64,000 nucleotides of DNA from Convolutriloba macropyga (taxonomy: Eukaryota), in the NCBI RefSeq assembly GCF_964194025.1, contig NC_134476.1, positions 28,954,001 through 29,018,000 of the forward strand, written 5' to 3'. The translations under genes and the position numbers were made by a program. Positions 25,105-35,971 of the stretch are shown here, piece after piece; within the stretch, counting starts at the first letter, position 1, and every line of letters starts with the position of its first letter. Below the pieces are notes generated by a model that saw only the letters and a program-made list of their open reading frames with translations, did not search any database and was not told where the DNA came from.

Positions 25105-28100
25105 TTAATCACTTTCACTTTCGTAATATCTCTCCGTTTCGCCAACTGTCATAGACAACTCTGGTTCTTCGTAATTGGGAGAGACGTAGAATTGAGTTGG
25201 GTATGAGGTTGTTGGAGAGCATGGGCCGACTGTAAAGTTAGACTCCTCTTGATTAGACTGTGCTGCAGCAGTTTGTATGGCCGAGATTATTGATTTATTT
25301 TCAATTTGTTGTTTCTTAATGTTTTGTCGTCTTCTTTGTTTCCCAATTGCTGCAGTACTTGGGGTTGTGGGAGGGCAAGTTTGAATTGGAGTCACATATT
25401 TGTCCGATTCTGTGGTCGATATTGCGGAGCGTTTTCTTTTTGAGGGAAGTAACGCTACTGATGCTTTTGTAGCTGCTTTTCTCTTTGGCCTGCTTGCTGG
25501 CTCCGCGATAACAATACTTGAAGTTGGTAATCCCATTGGCACCGCGAGATCGTTACTCGATTCTGTAGGTTGATTTGGCGGCGCCGTTGACTGTTGTTTC
25601 TTAGGCTTTGTTGGCATTCTTACTCGGAGGGCACGTGTAACATTGGAGTGAATTGACGACACTGTACTGACGTCATCTGCCACTTTTCTATGTTTCATTC
25701 GTTTTCCACCTTCTAACTTTTTCCTGGATACCTTTGCATGGTGGTTTATGAGTTGCTCAGTTGTTTTGCCCGTGGGAAGTTTTGGTCGTCGGTTAGCGTA
25801 TACCTGCAGTTCTGTGTCTCGTTCCGCCTTCGTCCCAAACGTTGCTAGATCTGAGTTCCTGATTATTACCTCTCTCTTGCCCGGTTCTTTAATTACTGAA
25901 GTGTGTTCATTTGTTTTAATTACTGACGATCCTGGTGCTAGGACGTCATATAAGCCGTCGAGACTTTTCTTTAATCTTTTTGTTCGTGGTCTCTTTTTAG
26001 CCAATTTTACCTCCAGTGATGTTTCTGTTCTGGGTATCGATTGGCCGACATCTGGATGAGAAATTAATCTCGATTCCTTGTTTGGGTCCTCCTTTTGTCT
26101 TTTCATCGCCTCTTTGCCCAGTTTGTCCTTGTTCACCTCTATTTCAATATCACTTCGCTCATCATTGTTCCAGTTTTCGTCTGTGATAAGCTGGTCCCAT
26201 CTGACAGTCTCCAAATCTAAATATTTGTTTAGAATGTTTTTGTAAGTTAAACTTTTTGGATCTGGTTTAGTCGCTATATTGCTTAATGGTGTATTCGCTT
26301 TTCTGCCAAAATGTGCCTCAAATGGTGATATGTTAATAGTCTTTTGACGACATATTCGTAACTGATAAATTTTTGAATTTATTGATGCTTTCACATTAAA
26401 TTGATTTTGCGCCGTCGTTTTAATACAGGCTAAGCGATTCTTGATTGTTTGAATGAGTCTTTCAACCAAACCAATTGTTCTGTGGTCGTGTATTGGCGCC
26501 TCGATTAGCTGTATGTTATTTTGAGTACAAAAGGTTTCAATTTGTTGCCCCGTTTGACATCTAGCTTGATCCAATCTAATTGCGCGGGGTATACCGTGTA
26601 GCAAAACATATTCTTGAAGAAACTTTAAAATATTATCTGCATTAGCTCTATCAAATACTTGTGCTGTTGGGAATTTCGAAAATCGATCAATACATGCAAG
26701 AAAATAAATCTCTTGATTTTTTTCATTATAGATGGGTCCTCCAAAATCAATTTGAATTTCCTCATTAGGAACTTTACATAACTTTAATGGTGTCCATTTA
26801 ATTGCTGGTATAATAGGTTTTAAATTTTTACCAATCTTGACACAGGGGTTGCACTTTGCTGTTTTGGTTGCTATGTCCCTGTGCATATATGGCCACCACG
26901 CGTGTGTTGCCATATCAGTTATTCCCCATGTGCCAGGATGAGTTGCGTGGATTGCGTCTACATAAGCATCTTTGATTGCATGGGAAAGAGCAATTCTGTC
27001 ATCTATGCAGACACACCCGTTCTTCACATGCAAGTGTTTCCAGAAGGAATGAATGTAAGGTGATATTTGTCTACATCTATCTTCATTGTCCGTCAAAATG
27101 CAGTCGCGAATCTCTTTCAAGATCGCGTCCTTGGTTGTCAGGCTGGCCATTAGAGAGCTGGAGAAGATCTTGGAGAGCGCGAAGTTGAATGAGTCCAGGT
27201 ACAAATCGTCTACTGACGGCGAAGTGGCTGTTGTATCAGTAGTGGGTGTTATTGGAGTCACGGGTGCTGCTTGGACCGTAGAAGGTCCCTCTTCTGCAAA
27301 ACGTACTCTCGATGGGGTCGATTGTTTAAATGTCATCAGCGTTTCATCATCGGAAGTTGATTGGGACATCATGTAAACGTTCTTGAATTTCCTTGCGATT
27401 CGTTGAAAGTGATTTAAATTAGAGAGTGACTGTTCGGTGGGTTGGTTTAAGGCAAAAAGCGAGTGAGGATTGTTAGTTGTCTCGATTTTGGGGATGGAAT
27501 TTAAATTATTGATTGTTAATTCGCTAATTGAGTCGTCAATTTGCGTGCTTGTAGAATGTTCTGGATTTCGCGGTGCGAATTCACTACATAAGTTATTAGT
27601 GGAATTTGGATTATTTACGACGCAGTTTGTAGATTGATTTCGCGCTCCGAAATCGACGTAATTTTCGGCATTTAATAAGAAGCGTTTCACACTACATTTA
27701 ATTACATCCAATTTAGCTACAATAAACTGCTCGTCATATGCGGAAATATTAGCAGCTTGTTGATACGGGTCGCGAGATATATAATCCACTAATCCCATTT
27801 TTGTGCCCGGAAGGTGATCAATCGAGAAGTCAAATGGTAGTAAACGATCTACCCAACGTGTCAGTCTACTATTATATGATTTGTTAGATCTATTTTCTCT
27901 CATAATTGAGAGAAGTGCTCTATGATCAGTTATCACAGTAAAAGGTTTGCCGTATAAATAATACTTAAAATGTTCCACGGACCAAACAACACCCAGAAGT
28001 TCTAGTTCGTTTATACTATATCTGTCTTCAACAGAGTTCAAAAATCGTGACGCGAATGCTACTGTATGCCACCCATTAGGTGTTCGTTGTTCCAATGCAC

Positions 28101-30738
28101 ATCCCAATCCTTTACGCGAGGCGTCACATTTAATTCGTGTTTCTAATTCCGGGTTGAAATGTTTATTTTCAGTGGTTTCCGTAATTTGTTCTTGTATTAA
28201 AGAAAATTGTTTATCGTGCTCTTCCGTCCAAAGAAATTTTGAATTTTTCTTAAGTAATGGTCGTAGGGGGTAACATAATTGTGACAAATTCGGGATAAAT
28301 TTTCCTAGATGGTGTACAGAACCCATAAAAGAGCGAAGTTTTTTAAGATTAGTGGGTGCCGATAATTTTCCAATTGCATCCGTTTTACTTGAAAGTGGGC
28401 TTACACCTGATTGTGTAATATTATGACCGAGCCATTCAATCGTTTTTTTCGCGAAATGACATTTTGCAAGATTTATGCGTAAGTTTTCTTGATCCAGTTT
28501 TATTAGACATTTTCGTACCAAGTCTAGATGTTTTTCGATTCCACCTCTGCTAACAATCAAAATATCATCTAAGAAACAGAAAGTATTTTCCAAATCGGCA
28601 AGAGTACAATCAATAGCTTTTTGGAATTCAGCTGGCATGTCCGTTAAACCGTAAAATCCAGTTTTAAATCGATATGTGCCGGTCATATCTCCACTAACAA
28701 TATTAAAGTTACAATGGCGGGCCGTATCACTGTGTAGCTTTAGTTGACTATAAGCGTTTTGCAAATCAAGAGTTGTGAAATAAGCGGTCTCCTGCGGCAC
28801 CGTTGACAGTGTTTGCAAAATTGTTTGAATTAGCGAATCTATATTGGGCATTTGATACTTGTTTTTATGAAAAGCTTTGTTTAAGATTTTTGAATCGAGT
28901 GCTGTTTTGATTTATTTGTCCTTTTTTACCGTAATGACAATCGGAGATATGAAAAATTGATCAGAACAGTTGTTTAATTTTTCGATATGTCCTTCATTCA
29001 ACAGTTTTTCTAATTCAATTTTCACTTTCGTTTGGAGGTGTATGGGCACTTTTCGTCCTTTTTGATGTATTACTCGATAATTTTTGTGAAATCTTGAATT
29101 GACCGTGTGATTTTTTGATTTTCCAATGCGGGATATCAAATCAGGAAACTCCTTTGCCAGTGATTTCTTTATTGCACAAGGTGGATCTATATTGTTAACT
29201 TCTGTTTGCGGACAAGGCTTCTGAGAAATTGTGATGCCTAACTGATCAAAAAGGTCTCGTCCTAATATTGGTCGAAACCCATCGGCTACAACTGTTATTT
29301 TTGCTTTCTGAATGCTCCAATCATTACATTTGACCGGCGTTTTCAAAGTGCCAACGGGTTGAACGATATCGTTAGAAAATGACTTCAATTCCAATGGTCT
29401 TTTCTCCGACCATTGTGATTGAGCACAATTGAGCATTATTTCTCTTGCAAGCGACATATTAATAATGGTACAACCACTACCGGAGTCGAGAAGTAAATCA
29501 CAGTTTGTGTTTGCGATTGTTAATGACAAATTTTTCAGTGCTAAATTTGGTGAACTCATATTTTCAACTGTTGCAACGTAATTATCATCCGAAGAATCAT
29601 AGTCTGAGTTGATTTGCTCATTATAATTGATATAATTGACGTTCTGATTTTCCTGACTAGAGTTTTGATTAGATGTTTCAACCGTTTCTACAGTGTTAAT
29701 GCGATTGGTTTGTTGAGTGTTTCTTGTATTATTAAGTCTTCGACGACATACCTTAGCGAAATGGTTTTGCAAACCACAGTGGTTACATTTCTTACCCATT
29801 GCGGGGCAAACCTGACGATGTGTAGGTGTCCAGATTTGACCACAACCACGACATTGTCCAACGGATGCACGGTTGGTGACTGCTCTGCTTGATTGAGTTC
29901 CACGTACACCCGCGCCGCGAAATCGATTTAATTGTTGTATTGCGTTCACCCTACTACCAGTTGCTCCGTTATTAGATGAAATTCTTTGCTGATTCTGATT
30001 ACCCATTACCATTTTGACTGCGATGCTGAGTGCCCTCTCTGGTTCAACTGTATCCCGTAGAAGCTCTCGCTGAATGTCATCATCCAGCATGTTAGTGATG
30101 AAAATGTCCCTGATGATGGCTTCTTCACGGTTTTCAAAGTCGCAATTTTCAGCCAATTCTTTCAAGATGCTGTAGAATTGCTCTACAGTTTCGCCCTTCT
30201 TTTGCTTCCGAGAGAAGAACACATAACGATCAAATGTGATGTTTCTTGGGCGGATAAAGGCAATCTCCATCATTTCCCAGAGTTTGAGGGTAGTCAAATC
30301 GTAAATATTGTCGTGCGGGAATTTTTGTGTTAGTAATCGTCTTCCTTCAGTACCAATACTTAGGTACAATAGAGATACGCATTTTTGATCACACAAATTC
30401 CATGGACGCTCCCCGCATAGTATTCCCGCTTCTGTTATCTTTTGACATTTTAGTTCCCATTGCAACTTCAACTGGTTGTTTCTTATTCTACGCTCTCTCT
30501 CTGCTTCCTCGGCTGTGTCGTCAATCGGCATCTCGTACTTCGGTTCCGCTGGCAGACGAACTGTCGATGGTTTGGGTTGTAGCAATGTGTCTATAGTGAT
30601 ATTCTCGCGAGCGAGAATCGCTAGTTTTAATTGAATTCTCCATTTCTCCCATCTGATTGGTGGGTCTGAAGTTGGTCGTTCCCAAATTGGCTCTACCGAC
30701 AACGGTGTTTTTCTCGATTCTCGAGCTGGCTGCGCCAT
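25105..30738 (-). pseudogene. Gypsy gag-pro-RT-RNaseH-integrase single ORF with one in-frame stop at 28912-28914
   Basis: ORFs 28912-30786 and 25105-28851 are in the same frame (KDK*IKTALDSK). Knuckles CRGC...CPAMGKKCNHCGLQNHFAKVC, protease LLDSGSG, RT LDLQNAYSQ/FLDD, RNase H CDAS..ELE..TDH, integrase H-H-C-C and D-D-E (IDFGG, RLDQ, GLVER), long basic C-tail. Confidence 0.95.
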
Positions 30739-31334
30739 GTCGTACAGATTTACAATCTGTAGGAATGAGTTGTTTCGTGGTACCAATTAGCTTTCTCTAC
30801 AGCGGCCAATTTAGGGGTGAATTGGCGGAGCGGTTTAATGCTTTTATTTGTTGCTTTAGAATTAACTATTTGAGTTACAGAATTTAAGTCAAATTGGCGG
30901 AGCGAAATCGCGTTCAATTATTTGTAGAGTATTTCGCTCAGCGAAAGATACCAAAATTTTGATGCGTCTGAATTTAGACTTTGGCGAATCAGATTCTAGT
31001 TAAGAGAGAGAGAGTCAACTAATTTGAATTACGAAATTGAGAAGAATGAAATTAGACAAAATTAACAAAACTGCTTAACAATTTGTTCATAAGGTAACAT
31101 TACTAAATGCGGCAACTTACAATCACGAGACAAGGTGAACAGACAAAAGATCATGCACAGGATGTAAACAAATTTACAAGTATGAAATCATAAGATTCGA
31201 TCTTCAAAATTAAAACTAAATGAATGAACAAATTAAAGGTAAATGAAATGAACTAAATTAAGTTAAACAGAAAATGAACCAAATTAGCTACACCAAATAA
31301 TAATCTCAAACTAAAAATGTACTATTGTGCCACA
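30738..31334 (-). repeat. 5' LTR of the Gypsy element
   Basis: Direct repeat of 24379-24973, followed on the minus strand by the PBS. Confidence 0.95.
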
Positions 31335-32596
31335 GATTGTTTAGATTTTTTGAAGCGGCGGCCTGTTCAAAAATGAACCTAAATAATGTATGATTTTCTC
31401 TGATGAAAATTTTCTTTAACAAGATTTGGAGGCGCACAAGCTATCGTCCCAATTATGAAAACCTTCCGTGCAGCAACAGTTGTTGTGCATACAGTTTCTT
31501 TTGTACAACCCAATCGCAAATCTGTACGAAAGTCTAACAGTGCATATTGATCGAAGAATATTGCTTTGTGTAGAAAATTTTTTTATTGCGTTTTTACTCA
31601 TTCTGCGCTGTCTATTCCAGACTAATCATTCTACTTGCAGGTAATGCTTCTTTATAACCATATAAATTATCTTTATATATTTAAAAACACTTTTTGTGGC
31701 TTTTGTTTTTGCGGATTTATTTTTGTTGTTAACTCATAGATGTTTGCTGGTAAAGTGTGATTCGACTGCAATTTGGATTGCTGTGGAAAAGCGCAACTGC
31801 TTCTATTGGGTACTAAGTTGTCGGCATAACATAATAGATCTCAGTAATTTTGTTTCGACTCCTGATACAGATCAGATATGGAAAAAATCAAAAATTTTGG
31901 CCACTAGTTTTTCTCCTTGCTTTCGATCACCTGAGAGCGATTCCCTAATTTAAACATGTTTCACGCTGGAACTCAATATTGATTTCAACACAATCAGGAT
32001 GTTCTCATTCTCAATTGCCTTGATAGCAGCTGATTCCGATTGACAAAGAAGTTATTAGTTTTTTTTATCTTATTGATAAAATCATGCATAGAGCTTGTAT
32101 TTTGTGCAAACTCCTGTTTAATTGCTGGTATTATGACTGAGGATGTTCGTATTTTTGGCCCGCTTTGTTGAACAGGAAATCATGGCGTCGGAATAAACTA
32201 AAATTTCTAAATCATCACAGGTCAGCAATGAAAGGACTAAAAATCGAAATCGTAAAACAATTCAAAAAAGAAGGGATTACAGTTCATCTTCTTGACCGAA
32301 CCCCAAAATTTTTGCTGTGTTATCCGAGAGCATTAAACTTCTAAAACTGGCCGGGTCGAAATTCTCTCCCCCCCCCCCCCCTCCCCAAAAAAAAGAAGTT
32401 AGAGTGGGACTGCAATGGGAAATTTTTTTAGGAAGATGCAACCTAAAACGTTTACATCTATTTGCCAGAAGATTCCAAAGGGGGTTAAATATTGTAAGAG
32501 TGAGTGGTTGCGTGATGATTTATTTCCCTCACCCTTTCATCTTTTTGGCCTGTCAAGGCAGTTAAAATGGTGTAAGAGTAACTTTTTTGAAAGTCA

Positions 32597-33255
32597 TCCC
32601 ATTGCTGCCCACTTTCATATCGCGATTTTGGTCGCGGGAGGGCGTTATTCCTCAAAATTTCTCCAATTGAAGCCCACTCTTAAATAAAATTTTGGCCAGG
32701 GTGTAATTCCTCGGATGTTCTCCCATTGCAGCTTATTCTTACATCGCAATTTCTGCCTGGGTTAATTTTTCAAATGTATTCCGATGTATACCACTCTATG
32801 CATCTCAATTTTGGCCAGGGTTGATTCCTCAAAAATCCCTCCATTGCAATCTTGTGCAGCCCGCTAATAGATCGCAGTTTTGGCCAGGGAGAAATTCATC
32901 AAGGTCTTGCCATTGCAGGCCCCTCTTATATCGCAATTTTTGCCAAGGGTTGACTCCTCAAAAGTTCTCCGATTGCGGCACACTCTTTTCGGGGTACAAT
33001 TCTGACCAGGGTTAATTCTTCAAAATTCTTCCCATTGTAGCCTATTGAACCTTACTCTTATATCGCAATTGTGGCCAGAGTAAATTCCGTAAAAAACCTT
33101 GCATTGCAGCCCACTCTTATATCTCAACTTTGGCCACAGTGGAATTCTTCAAAAGTATTACCACTACAGCCCACTCTTACATCGCAATTTTGGCCAAAGG
33201 TTAAGTCCTCAGAAGTCCTCCCGTTTCAGGCCCACTCTTACATCATTTTTCCCCA
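32597..33255 (+). repeat. ~58-bp tandem satellite, ~10-11 degenerate copies
   Basis: Consensus ~AATTTTGGCCAGGGTTAATTCCTCAAAA.TCTCCCATTGCAGCCCACTCTTATATCGC. Confidence 0.9.
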
Positions 33256-33417
33256 GCCCGATCAATTTACCCCCTTACTCTTACATCAGTTTACCCCGCA
33301 TAGAGAAATTGGGATCTTTCCCATTATAGTGCCCCCAGCTTACTGGTCAGATAATGTATAGCACCCCAATCATACTGTTTATTGCATATTGGGCCGCTAC
33401 AATTTCTTGAGGGGCTA

Positions 33418-34548
33418 TCCGGGTCAAGATTTTTCACAAAAGTTATGTAAGAAATGTGCTGACAAGCGGTAAAAAAAATATTTTGTAGCGGATAAACCTC
33501 ACATAATTATCCGCTTAATATTATGAATTTTCAACACATATTCTAAACCCTTTCAGCATGTTTCAACACATTAAGCGGATAATTGTGAAAGATTTGTCCC
33601 ATGAAAAATATCTTTTCAGCGCTTGTCACTGCATTTCTTGCGTTTATTTCAGTTTTTTCACCACCTATCTTTCATAATTTCAACGCTTTCCGTACTAAAT
33701 TTTGGCACTTTCAGCACTTATCTTATGTATTCTTGAGATTTTTTTTTGAATTTTTCTCTACTTCTTTACATACAGATGCAGCACCAGAGCAAGACTAAAC
33801 AGCAGTGCATAAGAGCAGTCCAATTTAAAACAAGTTGAAAATCTGTCTGAAACTTAAGAGTTTTGTCAACTCTTAAGATAAGGCAGTTATCTCAGCAGTT
33901 ATTTTTGATTGTTTTATGACTCTACAAAATTGCAAAAGTTGGAGAACCGTAATTACTGACTACGTCACAGGCAATAGTGAGCAATAAAATTGCACGTAAA
34001 ATTTTGTGTGAGGAAAGTGCTGATAGCGCTGGAATTCTGTTTTTTTGAAGTGTTGAAATCATGTAAGAATTATGCTGAACATTTGAAGTGTTGAATTTAT
34101 GTAAGGAATGTGTTCAAAAAAGTGCTTAATTTTTGTAAGAAACGTGCTGAATTTAGATAAGAAATGTGCTGAATGCGGTGAAATTCTCTGTTTTTCCGGA
34201 GTGCTGAAACTATGCAAGAATTAAGCTAATTTTTTAATGTGTTGATATTATGTAAGGAATGTGTTGAAAGATGTGCTAAATTTTTGTACGAAATGTGTTG
34301 AAATTATGTAAGGAATGTGCTCAAAGTGCTGAATTTGGGATTTTTTGAAGTGCTGAATTTTTATAAGAGAATTGCTGAAAAATTTGCCGAAATTATTCAA
34401 GAATTGAGTTGACAAGCGCTGAAAAAATTTTATTCAGCACATTCCGCACCTAAAACTAGACTTTCAACACATTCAGCATATTCCTTGCAAAATTTCAGCT
34501 CATTCAGCGCATCTCTTGCAAAATTTTGCGCTCACATCTTGACCCGGT
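33418..34548. mobile_element. Non-autonomous TIR element with internal GTGCTGAA/TATGTAAG sub-repeats, probable TA target
   Basis: Ends CCGGGTCAAGAT (33419) and ATCTTGACCCGG (34547); TA on both flanks; it splits a mini-MITE. Confidence 0.75.
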
Positions 34549-34992
34549 TAAAATGGGAACCAGCCGACAAATTAACCCCCCACGCACTTTGCAACAAAAT
34601 GGGAGGACTTTATGGAGGACATTCAACCCGGGTGGCAGCAAATTTCTCATTTTTCCCTTTTCGGCTAAACTCCCTGTCGGCCAATTTTTCTAACCCCTTG
34701 CTGGGCTGTTGTTTTTGCCTTGTATAGTCTTCTAAGGTAAATCTCCAATTTATCACATCTATACTGTGTTGATTTCTACATCGCCTTTTTTGATATACAT
34801 CCGTTTCGATGCATGTTCCGTTCTTTTTTGTACTTCCTCCTGGAGGCTAGCTTTAATTCAAAAAAGCTTGATCCTTGGAAGAATCAAGCTTTGTTTGGCT
34901 TTTCGTTGCTTATGTCGCAAGAAAAACTCTGCATTAGGAATAGTCGAATTCCTTGGGTGCTCGTGGGTTTTTCACTACTTCTAAAATACGTA

Positions 34993-35875
34993 AGTAATAT
35001 ATAGGTGAGCTACCCTCCCCGGGGGTGAGGTCCCCCATGTATTAAGATAGGGTATAGCGTAATTTCCAGGAGATAGGGGCCTCTCACATGTTATAAGATA
35101 GGGTATAGATTGCATGTAATAAGATTAGCCGGCTACATGTACTAAGATTAGTTATAGCCGCCGACATGTATTAAGATTAGTTTTAGCCGGCGACGTGTAT
35201 TAAGATTAGTTATAGCCGGCGAAATGTATTAGGATTAGGTATAGCCGCGGAGATGTATTAAGGTTAGTTATAGGTGCCACCATGTATTAAGATAGGGTAT
35301 AGATTTTGTGCATGTATTTGTGCACTCATATATGCTAGTAGTATAGTCGGTGCAAATGTGGGGGGGGGGGGGTAGGTTTGGAGACGCTCCTGATTGGCTG
35401 AAATTTTCAGGGGAAAATATCAATTTTTGTGTAGTTATTAAGTGTTTACTTGAGAACAATAGAATTGGCGAGGGTAATTAATTGCTGTAATTATCTAGGG
35501 GGTAATTATGTGACATTGTCAATTTTGGTTGTTAAGCTTTCGGTCAATTGCAAAGATTGTTCCCCTAATTGTTTGAATCAATTGTGTAACAGTTGTCTTT
35601 TGCGCGCTCATTAATTGGAAAAAGTTCAATGATAGCAAGAGGTAGTTTTGATCTACCGTCCTCTGGGTTATGGGCCCAGCGCGCTCCCACTGCGCCATCT
35701 TGCTAATTACATGCATATATGCATTTTTTTTGTACATTATTTGAAAAAAGATGTTAATTAACAGAAAAAAAATGAATTAAAATAGTATAAAATGACAGAC
35801 AAATTAAAAATTATGAGCATCAAAATACAAAATTACTCAATCATTTACAATAAATTGTATAAATTTCAATGAACA
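34993..35875 (+). repeat. Polinton left TIR, with 29-bp tandem repeats (CATGTATTAAGATTAGTTATAGCCGGCGA) and a tRNA gene
   Basis: Reverse complement of 52959-53947. Confidence 0.93.
35633..35704 (-). tRNA. Initiator tRNA-Met (CAT) inside the left TIR
   Basis: AGCAAGATGGCGCAGTGGGAGCGCGCTGGGCCCATAACCCAGAGGACGGTAGATCAAAACTACCTCTTGCTA. 72 nt, all four stems pair, A1:U72, three G:C pairs at the bottom of the anticodon stem, C33, A54/A60 T-loop, T5 terminator ~10 nt downstream. Confidence 0.92.
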
Positions 35876-35971
35876 AGAAAAAAACATGAATTAAAATAGT
35901 ATATAATTACAGACACAGTATAAATGCAATTGTGAATATTAAGGAACTGTGATATAGCAAAACTATTTGAG

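Larger units (their letters stand above)
24379..31334 (-). mobile_element. Full-length Ty3/Gypsy LTR retrotransposon (Mag-like gag), 5-bp TSD GATTG
   Basis: LTRs 24379-24973 and 30738-31334, TG...CA ends, ~17 substitutions + one 2-bp indel by eye (~97% identical). TSD at 24374-24378 and 31335-31339. PBS TGGCGCAGCC next to the 5' LTR; PPT AAGGGGGAAA next to the 3' LTR. Confidence 0.97.

Noticed and set aside
28912-28914. Programmed gag/pol stop readthrough
   Set aside because: The stop falls inside the RT N-terminus, downstream of the protease, so a nonsense mutation is more likely.
30729-30738. Gypsy PBS primed by the Polinton tRNA-iMet (shared ATGGCGCAG)
   Set aside because: The match is identity to the tRNA's D-arm start, not complementarity to its 3' end; an iMet PBS here would read TGGTAGCAAG.
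25748-30887. Plus-strand ORFs over the Gypsy element, and antisense ORFs over DRC3 and pPolB
   Set aside because: Shadow frames of real genes.
32597-33255. 58-bp array as CRISPR or coding repeat
   Set aside because: The whole unit repeats with no unique spacers; overlapping ORFs are incidental.
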